Notes: generated from the letters alone by a model not told the origin. Positions 1 through 9,283 are shown, counted from the first letter of the stretch. The stretch is DNA of 34,424 nt from Thermodesulfovibrionales bacterium (GCA_020053565.1 JAGVMY010000162.1:1-34424); one strand, 5' to 3'. Program-made: numbers and translations.

Positions 1-93
1 AATATTATGGAAGAGGCTAAGAAACTAAAAGAAGAGCTCGAGACGTATCATAAAGAAATGATTAAAAAGAGAAGAAAAAATAAACAGGATTAA
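1..93 (+). CDS. 3' end of an unidentified CDS entering from the left edge
   Basis: Frame 1 is open from base 1 to TAA at 91-93 (..NIMEEAKKLKEELETYHKEMIKKRRKNKQD*). There is no start in the window and the product is not recognisable. Confidence 0.3.
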   Translation, partial: NIMEEAKKLKEELETYHKEMIKKRRKNKQD

Positions 94-251
94 TGACAGA
101 GCCTATTCCCCCCTGGTTCCCTTATAGTATCACTATCGTTAATTCTTATTGAAATTGACAACCTACATCCATCCAGACACAACAATATATACTGATTCTT
201 TCACCTGCTATTCTCTAATCTTGATAAGAACAGAACGGTTTTTGCTCACAT

Positions 252-280
252 TTCTCATTAGATATATTTCCCGGTATAAT
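252..280 (+). promoter_or_regulatory. Putative sigma70-type promoter for the 313-1041 gene
   Basis: TTCTCA (252-257), 17-nt spacer, TATAAT (275-280), about 30 nt upstream of the ATG at 313. Confidence 0.3.
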
Positions 281-312
281 ACCTTTATAGTAAATTCCTT
301 ATTGTTCGTGAC

Positions 313-1041
313 ATGGTTGTGAAAAGAAAAAGAGAAAATAAATTAGGTTTCCATATTGTTTTCCTCACCATCTTTGGTGTCGCAATGGGCTTTCTTGAAG
401 CAGCAGTGGTGGTGTACCTGAGAGAGTTGTACTACCCTGCAGGATTTACATTTCCTTTGACACTCATGGCCATTGAAACGTTGTCCATTGAATACTTACG
501 GGAAATTGCAACAATGGTGATGCTTTTTTTCATAGGCATCATTGCCGGAAGGAATTTCCCTGAAAGGCTCTCGTACTTTCTGTTCAGCTTCGGTATCTGG
601 GATATTTTCTATTATGTATGGTTAAAGGTTCTGTTGAACTGGCCTCCTTCATTGTTCACATGGGATATCCTGTTCCTTATTCCTGTAGCATGGGTTGGGC
701 CTGTCCTGGCACCGATTATCTGTTCTGTAACCATGATACTCATTTCAGGATGCGTTCTTCATTTTCAAAAGAAAGGATATCTGGTAAGAATAAATATATA
801 TGAATGGATGTTATTGATTATGGGTGCTCTTATTATTTTTAGTACTTTTGTGTGGGATTACTCCCGAATAATTATTCAGCACGACTTTATAGCACGTTTC
901 TGGACATTAAGAGCAGATCCTGATTTTCAGGAAATTGTCGCACATTATATTCCGATTTCTTATAACTGGCATTTATTTGCCCTTGGAGAAGTCCTGATAC
1001 TTCTCTCTTTGGTACTGTTCTGTAGAAGAATGAAAAGATAG
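313..1041 (+). CDS. Hypothetical polytopic membrane protein (242 aa)
   Basis: Long ORF with several hydrophobic segments ([66 protein letters not shown]). I recognise no family by eye. Confidence 0.7.
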   Translation: MVVKRKRENKLGFHIVFLTIFGVAMGFLEAAVVVYLRELYYPAGFTFPLTLMAIETLSIEYLREIATMVMLFFIGIIAGRNFPERLSYFLFSFGIWDIFYYVWLKVLLNWPPSLFTWDILFLIPVAWVGPVLAPIICSVTMILISGCVLHFQKKGYLVRINIYEWMLLIMGALIIFSTFVWDYSRIIIQHDFIARFWTLRADPDFQEIVAHYIPISYNWHLFALGEVLILLSLVLFCRRMKR

Positions 1042-1060
1042 TGAGTCAAAGGGAGAAAGA

Positions 1061-1146
1061 TGGTGCCGAAGGCGGGATTTGAACCCGCATGGGTTTCCCC
1101 ACACGCCCCTCAAACGTGCGTGTCTACCAGGTTCCACCACTTCGGC
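1061..1146 (-). tRNA. tRNA-Leu (anticodon GAG), CCA encoded
   Basis: The reverse complement reads GCCGAAG-TG-GTGGAACCTGGTAGACAC..CACGT-TTGAGGG-GCGTG, then a long variable arm, then GCGGGTTCAAATCCCGC-CTTCGGC-A-CCA. It has a 7-bp acceptor stem, a class II variable arm, a GTTCAAATC T-loop, and U33 and G37 flanking GAG. Confidence 0.9.
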
Positions 1147-1217
1147 ATAAATTAGTTAATGCTACTATAAAAATTTAATGTTTTTCAAGCACTCGTACTG
1201 CACAATATCCTTACGTT

Positions 1218-1895
1218 TTATCCTGAGATGAGCTGGGTATTAACCTTGATTTTTATCTGTTTTTTCAGGCCATCAACATAGGACTTTATTGCCTTTTCTT
1301 TTCTGTCATTGAGCATAACCTGTCTGAGCATGTTCGCTGTCCTCCCGTCACCAGACACTTCTTTCACATCAGGGCTGATATCTGGAATATCAACAGACAA
1401 CTCTATTAACCGCCTTATTTTATAGAGCGTGAGTTCCTGACGTTTTAAACTCTCATATGCCTCAACAGTAATCCTGTTTAGCCGGAGCCTGTTGAGGTAA
1501 ACATTGTTATCAAAGACTCCATTTCGCATGAACGCTGGTTCCTGTGTTATTGCCTCATGGAGTTCTTCGTCACTTATACGAATCCCTGCATCCTTTGCAG
1601 CTATAAGAAGCACCCTGTCATTTATTATTGAATCAAGAACCTTTTCTCTCAGCTTCATCTTCTTTTCAAATTCCTCATCAAATTTATCTTTGTATATATC
1701 TCTGTAAAAGCGTATTACGTTCTCATAGGTCTTCCAGTATTCCTCAGATGTTATTTTGTATTTCCCAACCTCTGCAGCAATTCCAGCAACGCCTGTTTGA
1801 TCTACCGTGCCTACGCCCCAGAATATAAAGGAAAGGATAACGATGAAAAAAAGGAAGTAAAAATACTTTGCATGTGTTCTCAATACTTTAAGCAT
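1218..1895 (-). CDS. SurA N-terminal domain / PpiD-like periplasmic chaperone, membrane anchored (no PPIase domain)
   Basis: An N-terminal anchor (FYFLFFIVILSFIFWGVG) is followed by a SurA_N/PpiD-like helical region. The ATG at 1893-1895 directly abuts the NUDIX stop at 1896-1898. Confidence 0.75.
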   Translation of the reverse strand: MLKVLRTHAKYFYFLFFIVILSFIFWGVGTVDQTGVAGIAAEVGKYKITSEEYWKTYENVIRFYRDIYKDKFDEEFEKKMKLREKVLDSIINDRVLLIAAKDAGIRISDEELHEAITQEPAFMRNGVFDNNVYLNRLRLNRITVEAYESLKRQELTLYKIRRLIELSVDIPDISPDVKEVSGDGRTANMLRQVMLNDRKEKAIKSYVDGLKKQIKIKVNTQLISG

Positions 1896-2306
1896 CTACT
1901 TGACACCTCCGCTAAAATAATCATTAAGGATATCTCTATGGTCAAAGGCTATCTGCGCAGGCAGATTATCTTTGTTGAATATCCCGATTTCTTTCGCATC
2001 ATCTCCTGCAACAGCCCTGCCTCTGGCCTTTGCGATAAAAACTGTTGTAATCGTATGATGCCTTGGGTCTCTCTTTGGATCAGAGTATGTATGAAACTGT
2101 CTTAGTAGTTCAATATCAAGTCCTGTCTCTTCTTTTGCTTCCCGAGTCGCAGCAGATTCAAGGCTTTCCCCATAGTCTACAAAACCACCGGGTAGGGCCC
2201 ATCCCTCAGGTGGATTCTTTCTCCTTATTAGAATAATGCCTCCATTATATTCTATTATAATATCTACAGTGGGGATTGGGTTTCTGAGGTTATTGCTGCT
2301 CTTCAA
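1896..2306 (-). CDS. NUDIX hydrolase
   Basis: Nudix box [23 protein letters not shown] (GX5EX7REUXEEXGU). The track start is a TTG that overlaps the hfq 3' end, so the start is uncertain. Confidence 0.85.
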   Translation of the reverse strand: MKSSNNLRNPIPTVDIIIEYNGGIILIRRKNPPEGWALPGGFVDYGESLESAATREAKEETGLDIELLRQFHTYSDPKRDPRHHTITTVFIAKARGRAVAGDDAKEIGIFNKDNLPAQIAFDHRDILNDYFSGGVK

Positions 2307-2529
2307 ATCTAATGTCTACGTCCTTTTCAGGTACTATTGTTGATACAGCATGCTTGTAAATAAGACAGTGAGTGTTTTCCTTCAAAAGGATTACAAAGCT
2401 ATCAAATCCTTTTATTATTCCCTTCAGCCTCACTCCATTAGTAAGGTAGACAACCACGGGTGTCTTGTCCTTCCTGAGCACATTGAGAAAGTTGTCCTGA
2501 AGGTTTTGTATCCTCGGTGTAGTAGTCAT
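2290..2529 (-). CDS. hfq: RNA chaperone Hfq
   Basis: [50 protein letters not shown] carries the Sm1/Sm2 motifs. GGAG SD lies upstream of the ATG, and the gene sits in the classic miaA-hfq arrangement. Confidence 0.95.
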   Translation of the reverse strand: MTTTPRIQNLQDNFLNVLRKDKTPVVVYLTNGVRLKGIIKGFDSFVILLKENTHCLIYKHAVSTIVPEKDVDIRFEEQQ

Positions 2530-2548
2530 GATTCTTCTCCTTTTTATT

Positions 2549-3505
2549 TTACCTTAATGTATTTTTTTTAATATTGCAAGCCTCATATAACTCGAGGTGA
2601 GAAAAAACATCAAAGATAAGATTGAGAACAACGCTATTGTCATGAATGCCCGTTATATCTATCCAGCAGACCCCTTCTTCTTTATTGAACCATGTGAATT
2701 GCCTCTTCGCATATCTTTTTGATCCTCTTTTGATAAGCCTTATAGCTTCTTCTAAGGGAATCTCACCATTGAGATACATTGCGATTTCTTTGTACCCGAT
2801 TGCCTGCATTGGCGTTCTTTCAGGATTCATTTCAAGGATAGTTTTCACTTCTTGCACAAGGCCTCTGTCAATCATTTCATCAACACGGATTTCTATCATC
2901 ATGTAAAGCTCTTTTCTCTCTCTTTGAAGACCTATCTTCGTAAATTCATAAGGAAGTGGTTTCGTGAATTTTTTCTGCATCTCTGACATGCTCGTAGTGC
3001 TCTTTATGCAAACCTCTAAAGCCCGTATAATCCTGCGAGTATCATTTGGTGTTATTTTTTCTGCGGCAGTAGGATCGAGTTCTTTTAGATAATTGTACAG
3101 AGAACCTTTTTCTTCCTCTTCCATTGAAAAAAGTTCTTTTCTCAACGTCCAGTCAGCAGATGGACCGCTGAAAATGCCTCTTGTCATTGCCTTGATATAA
3201 AGACCTGTGCCGCCAACTACAATGGGAATCTTTCCTTTTCTATGGATGCTTTCGATAATAGGTGTTACTGCTTCAATATATTTTCCTGTGCTGAACGCCT
3301 CCCATGGCTCAACAATACCAATCATATGATGGGTAACTTCAGCCTTTTCTTCCGGAGTTGGCTTTGCAGTTCCGATGTCCATATGTTTGTAAATCTGCAT
3401 CGAATCAGCACTGATTATTTCTGTATTGAGTGCTTTGGCGAGCAGGATTGAGACACCAGTCTTTCCTACACCAGTGGGGCCAAGGAGAATGATGACCTTA
3501 TTCAT
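2549..3505 (-). CDS. miaA: tRNA dimethylallyltransferase
   Basis: P-loop [28 protein letters not shown], and a full-length match to the MiaA layout. I prefer the ATG at 3503-3505 (MNKVIILL..) because the track start at 3529 would overlap tRNA-Glu. Confidence 0.92.
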   Translation of the reverse strand: MNKVIILLGPTGVGKTGVSILLAKALNTEIISADSMQIYKHMDIGTAKPTPEEKAEVTHHMIGIVEPWEAFSTGKYIEAVTPIIESIHRKGKIPIVVGGTGLYIKAMTRGIFSGPSADWTLRKELFSMEEEEKGSLYNYLKELDPTAAEKITPNDTRRIIRALEVCIKSTTSMSEMQKKFTKPLPYEFTKIGLQRERKELYMMIEIRVDEMIDRGLVQEVKTILEMNPERTPMQAIGYKEIAMYLNGEIPLEEAIRLIKRGSKRYAKRQFTWFNKEEGVCWIDITGIHDNSVVLNLIFDVFSHLELYEACNIKKNTLR

Positions 3506-3517
3506 TAATAATTTTTC

Positions 3518-3595
3518 TGGCGTCCCCAACGGGATTTGAACCCGTGTTACCGCCTTGAAAGGGCGATGTCCTAGGCCGAGCTAGACGATGGGGAC
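3518..3595 (-). tRNA. tRNA-Glu (anticodon UUC), CCA encoded
   Basis: The reverse complement is GTCCCCATCGTCTAGCTCGGCCTAGGACATCGCCCTTTCAAGGCGGTAACACGGGTTCAAATCCCGTTGGGGACGCCA. It is very close to E. coli tRNA-Glu as I remember it, with anticodon loop CT-TTC-AA. Confidence 0.9.
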
Positions 3596-3599
3596 GTAC

Positions 3600-3675
3600 T
3601 GGTGAGCCGCGTTGGATTCGAACCAACGACTCCCGCCTTAAAAGGGCGGTGCTCTACCAACTGAGCTAGCGGCCC
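3600..3675 (-). tRNA. tRNA-Lys (anticodon UUU), CCA encoded
   Basis: The reverse complement is GGGCCGCTAGCTCAGTTGGTAGAGCACCGCCCTTTTAAGGCGGGAGTCGTTGGTTCGAATCCAACGCGGCTCACCA. It folds as a cloverleaf with anticodon stem CCGCC/GGCGG and loop CT-TTT-AA. Confidence 0.9.
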
Positions 3676-3688
3676 AAAATTGTCTTTT

Positions 3689-3718
3689 AATTTACCTGTT
3701 CAATAGTTTTCTTGTCAA
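3689..3718 (-). promoter_or_regulatory. Putative promoter for tRNA-Lys/tRNA-Glu (and possibly miaA-hfq)
   Basis: On the minus strand: TTGACA (3718-3713, overlapping the aconitase stop codon), 18-nt spacer, TAAATT (3694-3689), 13 nt before the tRNA-Lys 5' end. Confidence 0.4.
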
Positions 3719-5682
3719 ATAACGTGGAAGCGTTTCTTTGTGTGTGGCAGGAGCCCGCCATTGAGAATGATTTCTTTTTCCCTGTCATTGAGATTTGAAA
3801 ATACCTCGAAAGAATAATTCTTTGTCAGGTTGTACACAGTGTACGTTTGATTTCCTGTTAATGACTTTTCTATAGCTTTTAATAGTAGTCCGTCACCCTT
3901 CTCGATTTTTTCATAGTCTTCAGACTTTGAGAAACAAAGCGGGAGGATCCCAAAGTTTATCAGGTTGGACCTGTGAATACGTGCGAAGGACTTTGCAATT
4001 ACTGCATGCAGTCCGAGGTACATCGGAGCAATTGCTGCGTGTTCCCTTGATGAGCCCTGTCCATAATTCTCACCTCCGACGATAATTCCTCCACCCTTTG
4101 ACTTTGCTTCTTTTGCACGTTTGCTGAATGTATTGTCAAGATTGGAAAATACAAATTCTGATAGTGCAGGTATATTTGAACGAAGGGGTAAGATTGCAGA
4201 GCCTGCAGGCATTATGTCATCTGTGGTGATATTATCGTCAAGCTTAATAAGTACCTCTGCCTCAATTTTTTCAGGGAGCGGTTCTTTCAAGGGTACCTCT
4301 TTTATATTTGGCCCTTTGACAATCTTTATAGTGCTCGTATCTTTTACTGGTGGAATGAGCATAGTGTCGTTTATAAGAAACGTCGATGGTTCATCAGGAT
4401 TCTCAATACTGAATCCTGAATCACGGGGATCAATGATTTCGCCCTTTAGAACAAATAGAGCACAAGAGATTGGACTTGCGAGATAGATAAAGGCATCTTT
4501 ATTTCCGCTTCGTCCTTTAAAGTTTCTGTTATATGATCTAATAGATACCTGTCCCGTACCGGGTGAACCACCCATCCCGATACACGGGCCACATGAACAT
4601 TCGAGTATCCTTGCACCTGCTGAAATCATGTCCGCGATGAGTCCCTCGCGTGAGAGCATCTCATATACCTGTTTTGAACCAGGGTTTATCAAAAGGTTCA
4701 CGTCTTTTGCAACAGAATTGCCTCTTAATAGGGAAGCAACTGATTTCATAAGCTGATATGATGAATTTGTGCAACTCCCTATGCAGACCTGGTCTATTTT
4801 TGTGCCAGCAAGTTCTCTTACGGGTACACCATTGTCAGGGCTATGTGGTCTGGCAATCATAGGTTCAATAGAATTCAGGTCAATCTCAATAATACCGTCA
4901 TACTCAGCATCTTCATCAGCCTGAAGCTCAATCCAGTCAGACTCTCTTCCCTGTGCTTTTAAAAAAAGTCTTGTCCTTTCATCACTCGGGAAGAGTGACG
5001 TCGTTGCACCAAGCTCTGCGCCCATGTTTGTGATCGTAGCTCTTTCCGTTACGTTTAAGTCTTTTATACCATCGCCACCGTATTCAATAATTTTCCCGAT
5101 TCCACCTCTGACCGTGAGCCTCCGTAAAATCTCCAGTATTACATCCATTGCAGTAACCCATGGTCTGTTCAATGTACCGGTGAGTTTTATAAGGAGCATT
5201 TGTGGCATGTTGAGTTCAAAAGGAGCTCCAGCCATAACCGTTGCTGCATCGAGCCCTCCGACTCCTATCGCGATCATGCCAATGCCCCCGCCGGTTGGGG
5301 TATGGCTGTCTGTACCGAGGCCAATTTTACCCGGAGCAGCGAATCGTTCGAGGTGTATCTGATGGGAGATGCCATTACCAGGCTTTGAAAAATATGCGCC
5401 AAATTTTGCTGCAGCGGTCTGAAGGAAGAGGTGGTCATCAGTATTCATATAATTTGACTGAATCATGTTATGGTCAATATACGATACAGCGAGCGGTACC
5501 TTTATACTGTCAAGTCCTATGGCTTCAAACTGAAGCCATGCCATCGTACCTGTTGCATCCTGAGTGTATACATGGTCAACTCTTAGCCCAACAGGAGTAC
5601 CTGTTTTTATCTTACCGTAGACCTTATGTGTTTCGAATATCTTCTCTGTAATGTTCTTTCCCACAATATAAAAATGTAACAT
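3715..5682 (-). CDS. Aconitate hydratase, short (~650 aa) aconitase-family form
   Basis: Fe-S ligand motifs GTDSHT, CIGSCTNSS and CGPCIGMG, plus a C-terminal swivel domain GENYGQGSSREHAA. The start is uncertain: TTG at 5703, ATG at 5682, or GTG at 5664 (VGKNITEKIF resembles typical N-termini). No SD is visible. Confidence 0.85.
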   Translation of the reverse strand: MLHFYIVGKNITEKIFETHKVYGKIKTGTPVGLRVDHVYTQDATGTMAWLQFEAIGLDSIKVPLAVSYIDHNMIQSNYMNTDDHLFLQTAAAKFGAYFSKPGNGISHQIHLERFAAPGKIGLGTDSHTPTGGGIGMIAIGVGGLDAATVMAGAPFELNMPQMLLIKLTGTLNRPWVTAMDVILEILRRLTVRGGIGKIIEYGGDGIKDLNVTERATITNMGAELGATTSLFPSDERTRLFLKAQGRESDWIELQADEDAEYDGIIEIDLNSIEPMIARPHSPDNGVPVRELAGTKIDQVCIGSCTNSSYQLMKSVASLLRGNSVAKDVNLLINPGSKQVYEMLSREGLIADMISAGARILECSCGPCIGMGGSPGTGQVSIRSYNRNFKGRSGNKDAFIYLASPISCALFVLKGEIIDPRDSGFSIENPDEPSTFLINDTMLIPPVKDTSTIKIVKGPNIKEVPLKEPLPEKIEAEVLIKLDDNITTDDIMPAGSAILPLRSNIPALSEFVFSNLDNTFSKRAKEAKSKGGGIIVGGENYGQGSSREHAAIAPMYLGLHAVIAKSFARIHRSNLINFGILPLCFSKSEDYEKIEKGDGLLLKAIEKSLTGNQTYTVYNLTKNYSFEVFSNLNDREKEIILNGGLLPHTKKRFHVI

Positions 5683-5727
5683 ATTTAGGAAAATTAAATC
5701 CAAACTCGCTTATTTCTTTGTAAATTG

Positions 5728-5881
5728 ATATAGGAAAGGCTGATGAAGAATTTTTATACGACACCTAAAAGTAAAACCTTTTGAGGCGTAAACAAATAAA
5801 CTTTTAATTTATAAGGTACTTACGATTGCCATATTAATAATCTTGTCGATTATAAAAATTCTGAGAAAGCCTTTCCTATAT
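5728..5881. repeat. MITE-like element with 31-nt imperfect terminal inverted repeats
   Basis: 5728-5758 is the reverse complement of 5851-5881, except for a 6-nt internal bubble. ATTG flanks both ends and the core is AT-rich and non-coding. Confidence 0.45.
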
Positions 5882-5976
5882 ATTGTTCTTCCCATTCCTT
5901 TTTATCCCTTGAGATAAAGAAGAAATATGTTTAAAATAGAGCAAAATCAAGAACAATCAGCACAAGGAGACCTTTA

Positions 5977-7233
5977 ATGCATCTGTTTCAATACCGAGGT
6001 AGTGGATTGTTTGCTGAAGATGTACCTGTTATGGCACTTACAGAGAAATATGGAACACCACTTTATATCTACAGCTACAATACTCTTTTAAGACACTTCA
6101 GAGCATATACCGATGCCTTTAATGGCTATCCGCACATCATCTGTTTTGCTGTCAAGGCTAACTCAAACAGTGCAATCCTTAGATTATTTGCGAAAAATGG
6201 TGGTGGTGCTGATATCGTCTCTGGTGGTGAACTTCACATTGCATTAAAGGCAGGTATTTCACCAAGGAAGATTGTATATGCCGGTGTTGGGAAGACAGGG
6301 GAAGAGATAAGGTTTGCCCTGAGGTCAAAGATACTTATGTTTAATGTGGAGTCAGAAAACGAACTCAGAGAAATTGACAGAGTTGCTGGAATAATGAAAA
6401 CGAGAGCGCCGGTTGCATTAAGGATTAACCCTGATATTGATCCTGAAACACATCCTTACATTGCAACAGGGTTAAGAAAACATAAATTCGGCATTCCAAT
6501 CGAGGATGCTTTAGAGAATTATCGGATTGCATCGAGACTGAAGAATGTCAATGTTATCGGTATTCACAAGCATATAGGTTCGCAGATAACAAAGGTCTCT
6601 CCTTTTGTTGATGCATTAAAGAGAATACTCATTCTTATGGATAAACTTATTGCTCAGGGAGTGAAGATAGAATATCTTGATGTCGGAGGCGGACTTGGTA
6701 TTTCTTATAGAAATGAGGAGCCTCCTGTTCCGAAAGACCTTGCAAAAAATCTCATTCCTCTCCTTAAAGAAAGAAGGGTTACATTGATAATAGAACCTGG
6801 CAGATCCATCGTAGGCAATGCAGGCATGCTTGTGACGAAGACACTTTTTCTGAAGGAAGGTGAAGATAGGGAGTTCATTATTGTAGATGCTGGGATGAAC
6901 GATCTGATAAGGCCGTCACTTTACGATGCATATCACCATATACTTCCTGTTGCCAGAAAAAAAAGGAAGACAATATTTGCTGATGTTGTTGGCCCAATAT
7001 GTGAGTCGAGCGATTTCCTTGCAAAAGACAGGGAACTCAAAAGTGTAAAACAGGGAGAATATCTTGCGGTAATGAGTGCAGGTGCGTATGGATTTTCTAT
7101 GAGTTCAAATTACAATAGCCGGCCAAGAGCCGCAGAGGTAATGGTTAAAGGGAGAGAGTATTTTTTGATAAGGGAACGCGAGACATACAGTGACCTTATG
7201 AGAAATGATAGGATCCCTCCGTTTTTAAAATGA
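5977..7233 (+). CDS. lysA: Diaminopimelate decarboxylase
   Basis: PLP-lysine motif FAVKANSN, plus DVGGGLGISY, EPGRSIVGNAG and GPICESSDF. AAGGAG SD upstream; ATGA overlap with dapF. Confidence 0.95.
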   Translation: MHLFQYRGSGLFAEDVPVMALTEKYGTPLYIYSYNTLLRHFRAYTDAFNGYPHIICFAVKANSNSAILRLFAKNGGGADIVSGGELHIALKAGISPRKIVYAGVGKTGEEIRFALRSKILMFNVESENELREIDRVAGIMKTRAPVALRINPDIDPETHPYIATGLRKHKFGIPIEDALENYRIASRLKNVNVIGIHKHIGSQITKVSPFVDALKRILILMDKLIAQGVKIEYLDVGGGLGISYRNEEPPVPKDLAKNLIPLLKERRVTLIIEPGRSIVGNAGMLVTKTLFLKEGEDREFIIVDAGMNDLIRPSLYDAYHHILPVARKKRKTIFADVVGPICESSDFLAKDRELKSVKQGEYLAVMSAGAYGFSMSSNYNSRPRAAEVMVKGREYFLIRERETYSDLMRNDRIPPFLK

Positions 7234-8144
7234 ATATACACTTTATAAAGATGCACGGCCTCGGCAATGACTTTATCCTTATTGACTGCAGAAAAAAAGA
7301 GTTTGGAGTTCAGAGTTCAGAGTTAGGAGTTTTCAGCAAAAAATTATGTAACAGACGATTTGGGATCGGTGCTGATCAGCTCCTGCTTCTTTATCCTTCA
7401 ACTATCGCAGACTTTAAGATGAGGATTTTTAATGCAGATGGCAGTGAAGTAGAGATGTGCGGGAATGGGATACGTTGCCTTGCAAAATACATCTGGGACA
7501 GAAACCTTTCAGATAAAGATGTCCTTGATATAGAGACCCTCGCAGGGAGTATAAGGCCTGAAAAGGCAGGTGATATGGTAAAAGTTGACATGGGAGAACC
7601 GATACTGGAACCAGAGAAAATACCGGTGAATATTAGTCAGGAGTCAGGAGTAAAGAGTCAGGAGTTAAATCCCCCCTCACCCCCCTTTACTAAAGGGGGG
7701 CTGGGGGGGATTATAGATTACCCTCTTAAAATAAACGATAAGGTATTCCATATTACCTGTGTGTCTATGGGAAATCCACATGCAGTTATTGTCGTTGACG
7801 ATCTTTCTCATTTCCCTGTACCATATTATGGCCAGATGATAGAGAATCATCCCATATTCCCTAAAAGAACAAACGTAGAGTTCATAGAGATACTTAATAC
7901 CGCAGAGATAAACATGAGAGTATGGGAAAGAGGCTCGGGTGAGACTATGGCATGCGGTACCGGTGCTTCAGCTGTAGCTGTCGCATCAAATATTAAATAT
8001 CTTACCGGGAAGAGTGTAACTATTCACCTTCTCGGTGGAGACCTTTTTATTGAATGGGCTGAGGATAACCACGTCTACATGACAGGTTCTGCTGCAGAAG
8101 TTTTTGAAGGCACAGTTAAAATGAGTTCTTCATTATTGCAGTAA
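7230..8144 (+). CDS. dapF: Diaminopimelate epimerase (carries in-frame repeat-derived insertions)
   Basis: MHGLGNDF, catalytic Cys motifs CGNGIRC and ACGTGASA, SMGNPH. At 304 aa it is longer than typical DapF because of the 7635-7709 segment. Confidence 0.92.
   Translation: MNIHFIKMHGLGNDFILIDCRKKEFGVQSSELGVFSKKLCNRRFGIGADQLLLLYPSTIADFKMRIFNADGSEVEMCGNGIRCLAKYIWDRNLSDKDVLDIETLAGSIRPEKAGDMVKVDMGEPILEPEKIPVNISQESGVKSQELNPPSPPFTKGGLGGIIDYPLKINDKVFHITCVSMGNPHAVIVVDDLSHFPVPYYGQMIENHPIFPKRTNVEFIEILNTAEINMRVWERGSGETMACGTGASAVAVASNIKYLTGKSVTIHLLGGDLFIEWAEDNHVYMTGSAAEVFEGTVKMSSSLLQ
7299..7333. repeat. Five tandem heptamers inside dapF
   Basis: GAGTTTG GAGTTCA GAGTTCA GAGTTAG GAGTTTT, read directly. 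It encodes EFGVQSSELGVF. Confidence 0.85.
7635..7709. repeat. Heptamer array plus G/C-rich palindrome, in frame inside dapF
   Basis: AGTCAGG AGTCAGG AGTAAAG AGTCAGG AGTTAAA (7635-7669) is followed by CCCCCCTCACCCCCCTTTACTAAAGGGGGGCTGGGGGGG (7671-7709). Together they encode SQESGVKSQELNPPSPPFTKGGLGG. Confidence 0.85.
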
Positions 8145-8166
8145 GTTTTCACATAAGGAGGAAACT

Positions 8167-9039
8167 ATGTTTAAGGGATCAATGGTAGCAATTGTGACAC
8201 CCTTTAAAAAGGGGAAGGTTGATGAAAGGGCCCTTGGCGATTTAATAGAGTGGCATATAGCACAGGGAACGAATGGTATCGTGCCATGCGGCACAACTGG
8301 TGAGGCTACAACACTCGATTATAAGGAACATTACAGGGTTATTGATTTTACTGTAAAAGTTGTGAATAAAAGGATCCCTGTGATTGCAGGGACAGGCGCA
8401 AATGCGACTGATGAGACTATAATGATTACAAAGGAAGCCAAGAAATCTGGTGCCAATGCAGCCCTGCTTGTAGCGCCATACTATAATAAGCCGACACAGG
8501 AAGGACTCTACAGGCATTATAAAGCAGTTGCAGAGGCAGTTGATATACCTATAGTTTTATACAATGTGCCGGGAAGAACCGCAGTAAACATACTGCCCTC
8601 TACTGTTGCACGTCTTGCTGAAATTAAAAATATTGTTGCCATAAAAGAAGCAACAGGCGATATGAAACAGGTGAGTGAGGTTATAAGACTCTGCGGAGAC
8701 AGGATAACTATTATTTCAGGGGATGACTTTACAACATTACCACTTCTTGCCCTCGGTGGAAAAGGTGTCATATCTGTTTCTGCAAATGTTGCTCCAAACG
8801 ACGTATCGAAGATGTGTTCTTCATGGATGAAGGGACAGCACGACAAGGCAAGGGCACTCCATTATAAACTTGAGCCTCTCAATGCAGCAATGTTCATAGA
8901 GACAAATCCAATACCTGCGAAGACAGCACTTGCAATGATGGGCAGGATACAGGAGGAATTTAGACTTCCGCTCTGCGAGATGTCTCCGGAAAATAGAGAA
9001 AAGCTGAGAAAAGTTCTATCTGATTTAAGGCTGATTTAA
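8167..9039 (+). CDS. dapA: 4-hydroxy-tetrahydrodipicolinate synthase
   Basis: GTTGEATTL, YNVPGRT, and Schiff-base lysine context AIKEATGD. AAGGAGG SD at about 8153-8160. Confidence 0.95.
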   Translation: MFKGSMVAIVTPFKKGKVDERALGDLIEWHIAQGTNGIVPCGTTGEATTLDYKEHYRVIDFTVKVVNKRIPVIAGTGANATDETIMITKEAKKSGANAALLVAPYYNKPTQEGLYRHYKAVAEAVDIPIVLYNVPGRTAVNILPSTVARLAEIKNIVAIKEATGDMKQVSEVIRLCGDRITIISGDDFTTLPLLALGGKGVISVSANVAPNDVSKMCSSWMKGQHDKARALHYKLEPLNAAMFIETNPIPAKTALAMMGRIQEEFRLPLCEMSPENREKLRKVLSDLRLI

Positions 9040-9073
9040 AGACAGCAGGAACCTATATACGAAGTTGCTACCC

Positions 9074-9283
9074 TTATTGCTTGGATTGATACATCACTTT
9101 ACCCTTCGAAAAGGCTATAAAAAAATTGGAGGGATAAATGCTCATAAAGGATAAGCTTACTGAAACTTTACATACTGCTTGTAGATTGAGTGGAAAAAAT
9201 ACACCGTATCTATTAAATGTCTTCTTTAAAACAGATTCTGCAACATGCTCTGCAAGATTCAGAAATGTATTTTCTTCTTCCAT
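9074..9283 (-). CDS. Doubtful small ORF (69 aa) downstream of the HD gene
   Basis: ORF only: there is no SD and the second half is low-complexity. A competing 49-aa plus-strand ORF (9138-9287) has a GGAGGG SD. Neither is recognisable. Confidence 0.2.
   Translation of the reverse strand: MEEENTFLNLAEHVAESVLKKTFNRYGVFFPLNLQAVCKVSVSLSFMSIYPSNFFIAFSKGKVMYQSKQ

Noticed and set aside
618-803. 61-aa plus-strand ORF
   Set aside because: It is an alternative frame inside the 313-1041 membrane-protein gene.
4121-5651. Plus-strand ORFs of 62-136 aa
   Set aside because: They are antisense to the aconitase gene, whose frame carries all the Fe-S and swivel-domain motifs.
5882-5976. Lysine riboswitch upstream of lysA
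   Set aside because: Only about 95 nt remain between the MITE-like element and the ATG, which is too short for an L-box, and none of its conserved G-rich junction motifs are visible. The only structure is a 9-bp long-range stem (ATTGTTCTT 5882-5890 / AAGAACAAT 5949-5957) enclosing a small TTTATC/GATAAA hairpin.
8242-8846. Minus-strand ORFs of 91 and 109 aa
   Set aside because: They are antisense to dapA, with no independent support.
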